DNA from: Octopus vulgaris
Taxonomy: Eukaryota
DNA: 64,000 nt
Reading direction: 5' to 3'
Assembly: GCA_951406725.2 (NCBI GenBank)
Contig: OX597815.1
Span: 114,762,001 to 114,826,000 of the forward strand
Shown: positions 25,601 through 40,200 of the stretch, piece after piece
Numbering within the stretch: the stretch's first letter is position 1
How the letters are laid out: the number at the start of each line of letters is the position of its first letter
Notes under the pieces: model-generated
Told to the model about the DNA's origin: nothing
Databases searched by the model: none
The model's input: only the letters and a program-made list of their open reading frames with translations
Made by a program: the position numbers and the translations under genes

Positions 25601-28600
25601 TTAATCATTTACATAGTCAATCAGGAGTTCAAGAAAGGGTCATTTCTAATAATTGGCACACCGGTATCTTCGTCCATTATGACAAGAGCAAAGGAGATCT
25701 AGAAAGAAGTGTGATAACTACAAAGGCATCAAACTGATAGATCAACTTATAAATTAGCAGGAAGAGTAACAGCAGAACTAATTAGGAAGAAAATAGGAAG
25801 AAAATTAGCTTAGATGAGATGCAGTTTAGGCTTGAATTAGAATGATATGCTATGACGTCCTCTTCCTGCTAAGACCAATATAGGAATTTATGTCTAGCAC
25901 TCATCAACTAGGAAAAGGATTTTGACAGGATACTACACTCTGTAGTCTGGTGATTGCAAAGAAAACTAAGTGTAGATGAATGGTTTGTAAGAGTTGTACA
26001 AGTCATGTGCAGAGAAGCTGCACTGAATGTGCAAGACATACAAAAACTGTTAAGAAGTGAAGCAAGTATGTTCAACTGAATGTATAATGTTAATGTGCAT
26101 GAACAATGAAACACAAATGTGCTGACAAAACTGAGAAGTCAGTTGTAGTGTGCAAGAAAGACTGAATTGGTATGGATGTGGGATGTTGGTAACCAATTCA
26201 AGTCGAAATAACCTGCAGTGGAAAGACAAGAAAGACATAGGAGCAAGTAAGGAAATCTGATCTCAGGTTGTAGAATCTGATGAAGATGACAAGGCAGTGC
26301 AACAAGTGGTATGGTGTGCTGAAGAAGACCAGTCCAATCCTTACAAGCATGGAAAAACAAGTATAATGATAATGGTAGTGTTTATGGTGGTGGTGATGAT
26401 GATGATGATGAACACATCCTGAAAGATATATATAAGTTTAATCTCTGCTCATCTTTTCTCCCTAAGCCCAAGGAACATAAAATGAATTCTTTGTCAAACG
26501 TGTGAAATTACATAAAGGAAATGGATGAAGTACACCAATAAATAGTCACACATATATAATTATACTCACACGGTGTGCATATATGAATAAATATGTGTCA
26601 ATTGATTGACATAATTGATTGATACATGCATAAATATGTGTCAATATGTAAATTTATTAGTAGGCATACATTTCCATATCTATGTCAATTAGAGGAGTGA
26701 ATTGACACTATCAGTAGAGCTGCAGGCAAAATCCAATGCAAAATTTAACTCTTTACAAGTCTCTTTACATTGTGGATTCAACTCCCATATCATAAACTTT
26801 TGTCAGTAGACTGACAGAATCATTAGAGTATTAGGAAAAATGCCAGTGGTATTCATCTTTTGCTCTTTATATACTGAGTTCAAATTGTGTTAAGGTCGAC
26901 TCCATCTTTCATATTTCTGAAGTCATTAAACTAAAGTACATTGGGAATCAATTTAATAATCCTATAAAACATTCAAGATGTGAATGGAATTATAATAAAC
27001 AAAATGATGGAAGTGAATGACACAGATGAAGCAAAAATAAAATTAATATTAAAGGTGAGACTAGACCTGCTTGTGTTACTGTGGAATTATTTGATTGTTT
27101 ACAATTATATATACCCCTGGCTGGCCATGTCAAACCGTACAACCCATGCCAGCATGGAAAACAGACATTGAATAATGATGATGATGATACAAACATCCAG
27201 AAAGTGAAAGCTAATTGAATGTTTGTGACATTTCAAACATATCTAATTAAAGGGTCTCTTTAGCTTTGCAAGTTACAAGGCAACCTCACTAGCACTGATG
27301 CCGCAAAAACAAAAGCACCCAGTACACTCTGTAAAAGTGGATGGCATTAGGAAAGGCATCTAATTATGACTAAGAAGACATTGGAACATGACAGTATTTT
27401 GATTCAATGGATCCTGCCAAACCATACAGCTCCTACCAACATGGAAAACAGTTGTCAAATGATGATAAAGGCAGAATTTATTATGGTTCTTGGAACCATA
27501 ATTTATTATGGTTCCTGTGGTGATAGAGTACAAACATACTAACTGAAGAGCCAGTTTGTCATATCACATTATTTATTTGCAAACGGTATCATAAAGAAGT
27601 GCAGTTCACTAATTTAAGTGCTTTTAGTACTCACTATAAGTACACTTTTACATACATATCTCTACATGTATACAAAGACAAAACAATAAATAATTTTACA
27701 TCATTATATTTTATTTGTTTATTGTGCTATTTTATAAAATACAGTAACAGTAGCCTACGGATGATTCTTGCCTGTTTATTGTTCAGTTTGAATGTCTATG
27801 ATTTGTATAAATAGGAAGCAAGTATTGTTGTTTGATTGAAGTACAGCAAATCTTATTTCACACAAGTCTAAAGAAGCAAACATAAAACAAATAATAACTG
27901 ACAGAAAACAATAATTGTAGGTTGGTGGGTAGGTGGGTTTTAATGGATGACCTCACAAACTTGCTAGCATCTGGTATGCAGAGCTTTCAACTGTTAGCAC
28001 TTGCATCTGCAAGTTATTTGCAAAAAAAAAATGTGTATGTATATGTGTAAGTAAGCAAATATGCATGGATTCTTACTTTCATTTGTACACATGCATACAT
28101 TGTTTTATATAGGAAAAAATATAAAGAAGTTCAATAGCAAATTCATACCTCTATCTTGTGGCACTTCCATTGATCCTATGAAACGAACTGTAAATTTCCT
28201 TTTGAAACTTTTCACATTATCAACTTGTTCAGAAGAATCTTTGGAATTCATTTCATCCAATAAGTTACATCTGCAGAAAAGTGAGAAACCAAAACTGGTC
28301 ATGCTCTCATGATATAATCAGAACATGATTGTAAAAGAGTTCACCTCTTTTTCCATCAAATAAACTAGTCTTTCCACTCTTACAAGACATTTACTAAATA
28401 GTTTCATTAATACCAGGATAATATTCTTTGAAAAGGTTTTTCTTTACTTATGCAATCATTTGGAGGACATCATCACATATTTTGTCATCTCTCAATATTT
28501 CACATAAAGATTAAAAGATTAACAAATTCAATATCACTATTAAATTATTCTAAACTCAATTTCAATATTAAAATACTCTAAAGTGGTGGTTCTCAAACCT

Positions 28601-31600
28601 TTTTTTTTTTTTAACCTATGGAGCCTTTAATCCTTCTTTTGCCTGGATGAATCCTCATAGCCATTCAATGTTTAAAAAACCATATTATATTTTTATAATC
28701 AAGTATTCTTAGGATTTGTATTAAAGAATTTTGTGTATTGTAGAAGTATAATCAATTTATTGCACATAAATTTTAACAACTAAATCTTATATGGACTCCC
28801 AAGGGTCATATGAACCTTGGAACCACTGCTCTAAACAGATGCATCATGTTCTGAACCTTAAATTAAGGGTTAACAAAGTGATGCACAATTTCCTAAAACT
28901 AAGAGGCTTACTAAATTATTATAAAGATGAATATTTTTCAGCTGTGTATGGGTGCTTCATCAGACGGAATACGATTAATCCTCCTCCATGAGTTATATTA
29001 TTCTTGTATTAATCTTATGCAAAGAGGTATTCCACGTGTGCATATACCCTAATCTAGGATAACATGTTGTAGCCAGCTAACAGCTTAAGAGATCTTAAAT
29101 GCAGGCTATGAGAATTTTACCCAACTATAATAAATATATACACATATATACAGATAATAAGTGAGAGCTAGAGATGCTGAGAATAGAAAACATGTAATAG
29201 TGCTAAAATGACACAGGTAATTCACATATGTGATATCAAAAACAGAACTAAAACCAAATAACATCTGATTATCATCATTATCATAATTTAACACTCATTT
29301 TTCCAGACTTGCATGGATTAGGTTAACAGCCAAATGTCCTTCCTGCCACCTAATGTCACCTGTTTCCAGGCAATGTAATATTCCCCATAGCCACACATTT
29401 TACATGGAAAACTGGAAACAAACAACTTTCTTTCTACAACAATGATGCTCATTTACTACCATCACATGACAAAGCACACACACACATCTATTTCTCAAAA
29501 GTCAAAGCAACTGTGTAAGAGGTTTTTTACATTAGCTCTTAAATGCTGCTGCTTTATATGAAGAAACCAGAAAGTGTTCCATTACATCCTGATACTTTTG
29601 ATTCATTTGTCATAAAGTCTACTTTTTGTATTCCAAGATAATTTCTAATCTGAATGAGAACTCCAAAATATTAAAAATATTTCATATAACATATATGTCT
29701 ATAAACAGGTGTAGGCATGGCTATGTGGTTAAGAAGTTTGCTTCATAACCACATGGTCTTAAGTTCAATTCTACAGTATGGCATTTTGTACTTTAATGCT
29801 GAACCAGCCAAAGCCTTGTGAGTAGATTTGGTAGACAGGAGCTGTAATTGCAAGATCTGTGTGTGTGTGCGTGCGTGCGTGTGTGTGTGTGTGTGTGTGC
29901 GTGCGTGTGTGTGTGTGTGTGTGTGTGTACGTATATATGAGTATACTTTTTATTGCAATATAGTAATTTGTTTATTTTTGCAGTAATTTTGGAAATTAAA
30001 AATACTTGTTTGTTGACTCACTTAGAAAGTTCTTCATTTAAATTAGACACAATTTCTTCACTAGGAGACATCAAATCAAATTGAATAGGAACATCTGGTA
30101 AAAAGCTATCTGTGAATGTTGTAGTACTTGGTAGACAACTGTCAGAAGTCTTTCGATTCTGCACACTATAAGAACCAGAACTGAAAAGAGATATTATACA
30201 GAAATATAACGCAGGCTGATGGCAGATACCAAGCATAGTTCATAACTGTAAACCAGAATAAAATATTGGCTTCAAATTTTGGCACAAGGCCAGAAAGTTT
30301 GGAGGGGGGGGGTCTAAGGTGATCAAATCGACTCCAGTGTTCAACTGGCACTTATTTTATTGACTCCAAAAAGATGAGAGGCAAAGTTATCTTTGGCAGA
30401 ATTCAAACTTAGAGTGTAAGGAGATGAAATACTACTAAGCATTTCTCTCAGCATGCTAACAATTCTGTCAGCTCACAGTTTTAGGTCAGTTCAATGCCTT
30501 CAGAATATATATAATTGTTATATCCTTCAAATGTTGCATTATTATAATGCCTACTTCAGTGTACAGTATACTTAGTAAAACCAGTAAAGACACGACTATC
30601 TCTGACCACCTATTACATACTCTGATACTTCATGTACTTCTCTTCACTTATAGTGACTAGGTTATTCCATTCATCACATGGAAGGGGTGTACCATTATTA
30701 CTGACTCCCTACAACATCTCCCCTTTTAAGTTTTTCTTATGAAACATCATTTTATTTAGCAATAATTTTTTTATTCACCCCACTTTCTTTTTTTGAGATT
30801 TTTTTCATACAATTTTATATTTTTTGCACCCTGGCGTTTATTTTCAGGAACTCTGTATGTTTTCTTTTCCTCTCATTTGTATGCTTGGGTTCAATCACCT
30901 GGAGTGGCGTTGGTACTTAGAACATATCGTACAACCATTCCATTGGTTTCTCCAAGTTCTTTGGTTCGCTTTTCATGAATCTTTTTGTTGGTTCCTGTGT
31001 CTCTTTTGTATGTCTTTTCTACTTTTTACCTATGCATTTGGTATTTACGCCCTCCTCCCAATTCTGCTTTCCATTCTTGCATGCCCTCTTATACACCTTT
31101 TCACCAACTTTAAAGAATCTTGCTGTGTCTTCCCTGGCACTTTTTCTTTTCTTGCCAGGTAGCAATTTATCAAAGACTGATTTCATGTTCTTTGCAAACA
31201 TCAGCTCCATTGGTGATCTACTAGCTGGTATTTGGATTTGGTGTCACAGGTACACTCTTAAAAATTGTTGTAGAGCTACCACATCTGTAACTTCATTATT
31301 TGATTTTCTAAGAGCTCTTTTGACGTATAGACAAAGTGGGATGGTATGATGCCATAGTTATATATTCTACTGCAAACATTTCACAAAATTTTAAAAATTT
31401 GCTAGACACAAATTACATTCCATTGTCAGACATTATCACATCTGGGATTCCAAATATTGCAAAAAATTTGTGTAAAAAAATTATCACAGTTGAGAAGGTT
31501 GGTTTTTACACTTGCAAATTTCAGGGCCATTTTGAAAAACTATCAACTACCACTAAGTAGTAATAATCATTTAAAGGACCAGCAACATTGATGTGCATAC

Positions 31601-34600
31601 TCTACTATGGAGCATTTACTTTTGAACAATGTTACCTTTTATCGTGGGCAATTTTTCATTTCATTTTGGCTTACATGCAGGTGTTCCACTCTGTTTTACT
31701 GCAATGTTTTGTTTCAGTTCCTCAGCTACATTCAAACCTTTGACTGACCCAACTTTATTTCCATACAAAACACTTATGGGCATATTCCATATTTTGAATA
31801 GTTCAATCCACTCTATGCTGAATAAATTAAGTGAACTTTTTAACACATATATATCTTAAACTTTTATGCTTGACCTCGAAATGTTACATTACATATGAAT
31901 TCACCGAAAAAATATAATCTTTTTCCAGTATCACTCTGCACTACCCTTTTTGATTTAATTAATTTTGGCTTACCAAATATATTTTCACATTTTTTCGTTT
32001 ATAGTGGTGATATCCCTACCAGTGCCCAACTGCATTTAAAACTTGTATTTCTGATTTTCACCTTCACAAATTTCCTTATCATTATATTATCAAATTCTTC
32101 TGATGGCATACTATTTATTCTTTTTCCTTTGTTCTGACATTTTATCATCTTTGTTCTACAGTGCACCTTTATATGTCCTATATTTCCACAACGAAAGCAC
32201 TCTGCTTTTTTAAATGAACAATTTTTCCTCAGGTGTATATCACCACATGCAAAACATGGGTTTATTTCCCAATTTTTGTTGTGTTTTTTAGAAAACACTT
32301 TATCTTAATTCTATTTCACACTTGCTTTACTTCAATTTCCTCTGTGTCATGTCTTAATTTGACTATACTTTCATGTTTTTCAGATACTTGCTGTAGGGTT
32401 ACCGCCTGGTTTTGTTCCAGCTTTGTGAGAATTCTAATTCTAATTTCTGCGTCCTTTTCGGCAGTAAGTCCTTGTGTAAAAATCAGGCATTTGAACATAT
32501 GTGGCGTTAATTTGTCCAGCTTAAACTTCTTGCATTCCCTGTTAACTCTATCAGCATATGAGATGTAGTCCTCATCGTTGTTTTTCTCTAAGTTTAAACA
32601 TTTCAAACATGTGTTCTTGCAGTTGTAGCTGCTGCTGTTGTTGGTCCTTCAGTTGCGGTTCTTGCAGTTTTTGCAACTCAAGCAAACCAACCAACAAACT
32701 TTCCATTGTTTTATGACTTCTTTTCATAAAATTCGCACAAAACTTTGTGAGTTTATTAACTCCTCTACGAGTTTCTATCAACTCCATGTGAATTGGTTTA
32801 CCCTCATCACCACTGTTATATCTTTAAAATGTTGGGTTATTATAATGCTCACTTCAGTATACAGTATGCTTAGTAAAACCAGTAAAAGATATGACTATCT
32901 CTGACTGCCTACTAAGTACTCTGGTACTTCACATACTTATCTCTACTTATAGTGACTAGGTTATTCCATTCATCACGTGGGAGGTGTGTACCATTATTAC
33001 TTATTCCCTACAACAATCATCATCATCATCATCATCATCATTTAACGTCCGCTTTCCATGCTAGCATGGGTTGGACGGTTCAACTGGGGTCTGGCAAGCC
33101 CGAAGGCTGCACCAGGCCAGTCAGATATGGCAGTGTTTCTACAGCTGGATGCCCTTCCTAACGCCAACCACTCCGAGAGTGTAGTGGGTGATTTTATGTG
33201 CCACCGACACAGGTGCCAGACGAGGCTGGCAGACGGCCACGCTCGGATGGTGTTTTTTATGTGCCACCGACACAGGTGCCAGACGAGGCTGGCGGACGGC
33301 CACGCTCGGATGGTGTTTGTTACGTGCCCTCAGCACGGAGGCCAGTCGTTGCGGTACTGGCTACGGTCACGTTCGGATGGTTTTCTTATGTGCCACCGGC
33401 ACTGGTACCACAAGGATACAAATTCCATTGATGTTCATCTATTTTGATTTGGTTCGATTTGATTTGATTTGATTCGATTCGATTCTCACTTGCCTCAACA
33501 GGTCTTCACAAGTGTCACAAGAAGGAAGGTATGCACAGGTGGACTGACTGCGTCCCAGGTAGGGGCCACGGATTATGGCTTCACTAGTCTTGTCGGGTCT
33601 TCTCACGCACAGCATACTTCCATAGGTCTCGGTCTCTAGTCATTTCCATGGTGAGACCTAATGTCCGAAGGTCGTGCTTCACCACCTCATCCCAGGTTTT
33701 CCTGGGTCTACCTCTTCCACGGGTTCCCTCAACTGCTAGGGATTGGCACTTTCTCACACACCTATCTTCATCCATTCTCGCCACATGACCATACCAGCGC
33801 AATCGTCTCTCTTGCACACAACAACTGATGCTTCTTAGGTACAACATTTCTCTCAAGGTACTAACGCTCTGTCGAGTAAGTACACTGACATTACACATCC
33901 ATCGGAGCATACTGGCTTCGTTCCTCACGAGCTTACGCATGTCCTCAGCAGTCACGGCCCATGTTTCACTGCCATGTAGCATAGCTGTTCGTACACATGC
34001 ATCATACAGTCTGCCTTTTACTCTGAGCGAGAGGCCTTTAGTCACCAGCAGAGGTAAGAGCTCCCTAAACTTTGCCCAGGCTATTCTTATTCTAGCAGTT
34101 ACACTTTCAGCGCACCCACCCCCACTACTGACTTGGTCACCTAGATAGCGGAAGCTATCAACTACTTCTAGTTTTTCCCCCGGAAAGTGACGGAAGTTGT
34201 TTTCTGCAGATTTTCGGAGGTCAATGCTCCAGAGCACCTGCCACATACAAAAACTATCTTCCCAGTTAGCCTACCTTTGACATTGCTGCACCTCTTATGT
34301 GTCCATAGCTTACACTGGGTACATCTTATAGAGTTTCTACCAACACCTTTTCTACAGATCGAGCAGGGCCATCTTCCTGAGGACATTTGTGGATTTTCTA
34401 CCTTCCTACTTATTAGTACTTTGGTTTTAGCTAGGTTGACTCTAAGGCCCCTCGATTCTAAACCCTCCTTCCACACCTGGAACTTCTCCTCCAGTTCTGA
34501 TAGTGACTCAGCGATTAGAGCGAGGTCGTCAGCATAGAGGAGCTCCCAGGGGCAACCTGTCTTGAATTCCTCCGTTATTGCCTGGAGGACTATGATAAAT

Positions 34601-37181
34601 AGGAGGGGGCTGAGTACTGAACCCTGGTGGACCCCAACCTCTACTTTGAATTCTTCTGTGTACATGTTGCCAACTCTGACCTTACTTACGGCATCTCTGT
34701 ACATGGCTTGCACAGCCCTCACCAGCCATTCATCTATCCCTAGTTTCCTCATTGACCACCAGATGAGGGATCGGGAGACCCTATCAAAGGCTTTCTCCAT
34801 GTCAACGAAAGCCAGGTACAGGGGCTTATCTTTGGCTAGGTATTTCTCCTGCAGCTGCCTTACCAGGAATATAGCATCAGTGGTGCTTTTCCCTGGGACA
34901 AACCCAAACTGCATCTCATCTAAACTAACTCTCTCTCTAATTAGTTGGGCTATGACCCTCTCCGTAACCTTCATTACCTGATCCAACAGCTTGATACCTC
35001 TGTAATTATTTGTATCCAGGGCATCACCTTTACCTTTGTAGCAGTTGGCTAGTATGCTGCTACACCAGTCATTGGGTATGACTCCTTCGTGTATCACCTG
35101 GTTGACTATACGGGTGACTAGGTTATAGCCATATTGCAAATATAGATTTACAAATGAACTTTATTTAGAGCTATATTTCCTATTTCTAGTTATTATTAAG
35201 ATCTAAGAACAATGACAAATTTAATTGGCAAAGTCATTAGAGTATTGGAAAGAATGCTTAGTGATATTTGTTCTGGCTCTCTACATTCTGAGTTCAATTC
35301 CTGCCTAGTTCAAATTTGCCATTCATCATTTCAGGGTCAATATATAAGGTGCCAGTTCAGAGCAGTGGAGAGGTGGAATATTAAAATATTGGATAATATG
35401 CTGTCTGATATCTACTGCAGTTTTATGTATTCTAAGTTCAAATTGTGTCTTCTGATATTGGAATATAAAAAAAAGTTGGTGGGGAGGCCTTCAGCAGTCA
35501 AAAGTAGTAACAGGTTTGAAAAGTCCTTACTCAAGTCCTTAAATATTTCAGTTGATTACCGTTAATGCCAGTACACTAATAAGCAGAGGAGAATGCAAAG
35601 GATTTTAAAATCTTGTGCAGAGAATGAACAATAATGAATTTTTAACGATAGCATGTTCAAAATTAAATAAATACAAAAGAGCAAATTAATTAAAGACACA
35701 CTAAGCAGTGAGGATTATAAAATAAAACTGTGTGCATTCATATTTTATATATCCATATATATTCCAACACGGAAAGATCACTGCTGTGTTATTTGTATCA
35801 TAAGAGATATTGTCCTTATAAGCAATGTGTGTGAAAACATTAGTAAAATCTCTCTTCTGAGACAGTTACTGTAGTAATAGCCTTTCCACATTTGAGTACA
35901 CATGAATGATTAGATATAAATATACACAGTTATATGTTAAAGAAACAAATGTCTGAAATTAGTTGTCTGTTAATTATATATTCCAGATTTAAAAGAGTTT
36001 TTCATGTATGACAACAGCCTAGTGATTTTGGACTCTGTTAACCTTAGTTTAATAACAAAGGTTTCTAATATGCTGTGATGTATACAACAAATTGACATCT
36101 GATCAAAAAATAATCAAAGATCAAATGCTGATGTAAAATTTGAACTTTTTGTATCTCTAAAAGATAAGGTCAATTATTCAAAAATTGATAATCTTATGAA
36201 GAAAGAAAATGTGTCAATGTTTATATATTAGAAATGGAATGCAAATACTTCTTAGCTCTTTAGTCTGGTCATCATTTGCCTCTTTCTTTAAATGTGGAAG
36301 AATACAGCTTATTAAATTGGTAGGTAAGCTTATCATAGAATATACTTTCTGTTTTAAAAAGAGTCATAAACTCTTGTTAGATTCATTAGTTCAGGGTAAC
36401 TATGATTGAAGAGACACAATGATGTTGAAACACCAGGTGTCCTAAAGTTCCCTTATGCTAATGAATCAAGTGTGTTATGAATACACACACTTGTCTGAAC
36501 AGAGTTTTCTCCAATGACGAAGAAGAATAGTGATTTGCATATTCATGTCTGAATCTGCTGGAACATATTAAGAATGATTATTTAAGCCATCTTTCCATTT
36601 TTATTTTTGAATATTGAATAAACCTTCATTTTATTTGTTCTTTGTCAATGATATATTTAAATAGTATTAGGTCAGGTATTTTTAATTTAATGACATCTAT
36701 CTTTAGTTGCTTATTGTCTAGAACCAGGCTAGCTGTCACTGACCAGACCCATAACGAAAGGTGTTCCAACAATGATCATCAGTATATTTTTGTAGGTCAA
36801 GAAGTGCATTGGTCAGTCTGTCTTTATATACAAGGGCAGGGCACATTTTGAGGCAGATTTGGCTGATATTTCTAGTAAGGAAAGTGATTGTGTAATGTTT
36901 CTTTCATCTATCACTAGTTTCTAATACCAACATTTGCATTCAGGTTAGATTTTGAACATCTTACCTAGTCTCATCAATTGAAACTGAGGGAGAAAAGCTC
37001 TCTTTTTTGTAATCTTTGCTACCCAGACTTCCAACACGATCCTATGAAAAAGAAAACAAATTGAGAAAATAATAATAAAATAACAGTAAAAAAAAGTAGT
37101 ACCATACCAGGAGATGAGAAACCTAAACTACATCAGAGAGAGAGAGAGAGAGAAAGAGAGAGAGTGAGAAAGAGAGAGAGT

Positions 37182-37229
<48 letters not shown>

Positions 37230-40200
37230 AGTTTCTATTTTGAATTAGTGTAACAGCTAGCTGACCATTGCTTAGAATTTCATGTAGATCTACATGTTAA
37301 ATCTTTAGTCAGGTAATAAACATAGTTTGATCTCTGATTATTTCATAGTATTATATATATATCTAAATAGATTACAGATTGTATATCCAAGGTTGGAATA
37401 AAACAATTGTGAAAAGTTTTTTATTATTACACTATAAATTATATAATCTTTACACATGTTTCATTAGTGCATAGTAGCATTAGCACATACTAGTATGCTA
37501 TGTAGGCCAGACCCATAAAAGAAAGGTGTTCCAACAATGATCATCAGTATATTTTTGTAGGTCAAGAAGTGCATTGGTCAGTTTGTCTTTATATACAAGA
37601 TGTGCAACCCTATATCTGAGATCAGAAGAAGAAAATTATAATTTACTCCATTGTTGGTTACCAACATCAGTTAGTGGGCAGATACAAACAGAGAGTTTGT
37701 AGATACAAAGTGGAGCCAATTACAGTTTTCTTCTGATGATTTGATATTTAGGGTGATTATGCAACTGTCTTTGTAACAACTATTACATAGCATAATATAT
37801 ACTAGTGAAATGTGTAGAGATTATATAATTAATATAATCAACAAAGTAAATATATTTTTTTTACCTTCATCTTCCTTGAGGGTGAATCAGACTGTTTGCT
37901 CTTCCCAGTTTTATTGCTGCGTAAAATATTGTTCAATGTAGCAATCCACTGAAATATATAGATATTCAATTTACCAACTGGACATTTTTATTTTAGAGAA
38001 GAGAAAAGAAATGTCATGTTTATAAGAGCTAAGTAATTAATATATTAAGCTAGCATTTGGTCAAAGAATACATATCTTTCCCTCTTTTCATATCCTTAGT
38101 CGCTTTATCTACCAAGCTGTGGTCAACTTGAATTACCAGACCCACTGTAGAGCCAGCATGAGGTAGCTCCTATTTATCCCATGTATTCTCCATGTTCAGT
38201 AGCCTCTCAAAATAGTACTTCCATGTCACAGTCTTGTCTGCCAAATCTATCAGGAGCATGCCTTCATCATTCTGAATATATGTCTTGCTATATATGTTTT
38301 GGGTCTTTCTCACACAATGTCTGGCAATCCTGAACATTCCATGCCTCTAATCCTCATATTGTATGATGTATGCAAATCTCTTCCTTTCTGCCTCAACTTT
38401 AACCAAATATACTATCATGTAGCAGCTCTTCTAGCCATTTGATAATGCTCCCTATTATAATCTTCCTTCCTGAAATTCTAATCCTGTCTCTTAGCCCTTA
38501 CTGTTCTATCAACCACATCATTCCACAACTATATTACCTCCCATTTTAGCTGCAACTCTGCCCAAGCTGCATGTCTGATCTGTAGTATTAAGTAGGTTAT
38601 TTCATAGAAATTCCCAGCTGTCATCTATACTAGATATCTAGATATTTCTACCTACAGTTATATGTATTAATTAGAATATCTCTAAATCTATTCCCAATAG
38701 CAGGATCTTTTAGTTTTCATGTCTTCCTTCTGTATACCACCTTCTGTTTCTGTGTCTGCCTATCTCTGACTCTACAGTTGCTAGCTATTAATCTATGTTG
38801 TGTAGACCGTTCTACACAAAGAAAAGTTTTGGCATTTACAACAGCACTTCTGCCCAATTCTCTGGTGAACATGTAATCTAACCTGTGATTTCACCAGACT
38901 GGAAGGTAATGAGGTGGTTGGTTGGATTCTTAAAGTCTGTGTTGCAAATTGTTAGATCAGTTGCAACACTGAACTCTAGGAGCCTTACACTCTCCTCATT
39001 TCTTGAACCATATCTATAGCCTCCATGTATGTCAAAGAAGCTATTGTCATGCTGGTCAACAGGTACATTGAAGTTGCCAGCCACAATAATGAAGTTGTTG
39101 TCAGTTGTCATGGAGATACTCTTGTAGAAGTTGTCCTATTTTTGGGGCAGTCATGCTTTTGTGACATATGCCACTATAAATGTTACTATTGAGTAGCCTA
39201 TAATTAGTTGCATCTTAATTGTCCTATCACACACACTAACTAATTACTTTATCTTTCCATTTCTCAGCTAATAGTATATCTATCTCACCCTTGGTGCTAC
39301 TATTAATTACCTAGGAAAATTTGTACTGCTGTCTCTTGTTTTACGTAAATTAATATTAAAACCTCTAATTCTTTTTGCATTAATTTTGTCAGTATATCAT
39401 TTCATTAAAATAATCAGAAGATTAATATTTCAAATCAATACCAATGTATTACAGGTAGTGATTATGTCGCTCTGAGGTGATGAAAGGATATGGTATTCCA
39501 AAGAATCAATCTACTCATTTCATCAATCCTGTGGATGAAAAACTAATCTGATTCAAGTAGGATTTCATTTCAGAATGTGAAAATATGTTCAGAACTAAAT
39601 ACTTTAATGCAATACTCCATTTTCACACCTTTCTATAACAATTCACCACCCTATTTTATTTATACTGGACAAAAGGATTAAGTCGATTACATTGACCCCA
39701 GTGCATAACTGGTACTTATTTAATCGACCCCCAAAAGATGAAAGATAAAGTCGACCGCGGTGGAATTTGAACTCAGAATGTAACAGCAGACGAAATACCG
39801 CTAAGCATTTCACCTGGTGTGCTAACAATTCTGCCAGCTCGCTGCCTTCATGGATAAAATTTACATTATAAAAGCTGTGCAAGTAAATTATGTGTCTGCT
39901 TTTTGCATAAATTAATAATTTAATAGAATATATTTACCTCATCCCTTTCACGTTCATTTTCAGCTTGAAGTATAACTGACCTGAAATTACATGTAACAAG
40001 ACAATAAACATCTTTATTTCAAGTTTTCCAAAAATTTTGAAATTTTTGGAAAAATCAGTCTTTCCAACAATGTATAAAACAATAAAAAATTTGAACAAAT
40101 TTACTTGTAACTATGTGTAATATCTTACAAAGTGCTAGAGGATAAATTTTATTGACAAAAATGTATTCACTCCTACCATATCAAACCTAAATTTAACACG

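Noticed and set aside
27476-27515. Small hairpin plus direct duplication (ttatggttc-ttg-gaaccataa)
   Set aside because: Typical template-switch scar, too short to interpret.
28925-28970. Minus-strand CTGATGA-AGC...GCT-GAAA, a possible fourth hammerhead
   Set aside because: Stem II has only 3 bp and stems I and III do not pair convincingly; at best a decayed relic.
33058-33472. Overlapping ORFs of 65-129 aa and a repeat array that could be mistaken for CRISPR
   Set aside because: They come from the GC-rich tandem repeat in the RTE 3' UTR; there are no unique spacers or cas genes and the context is eukaryotic.
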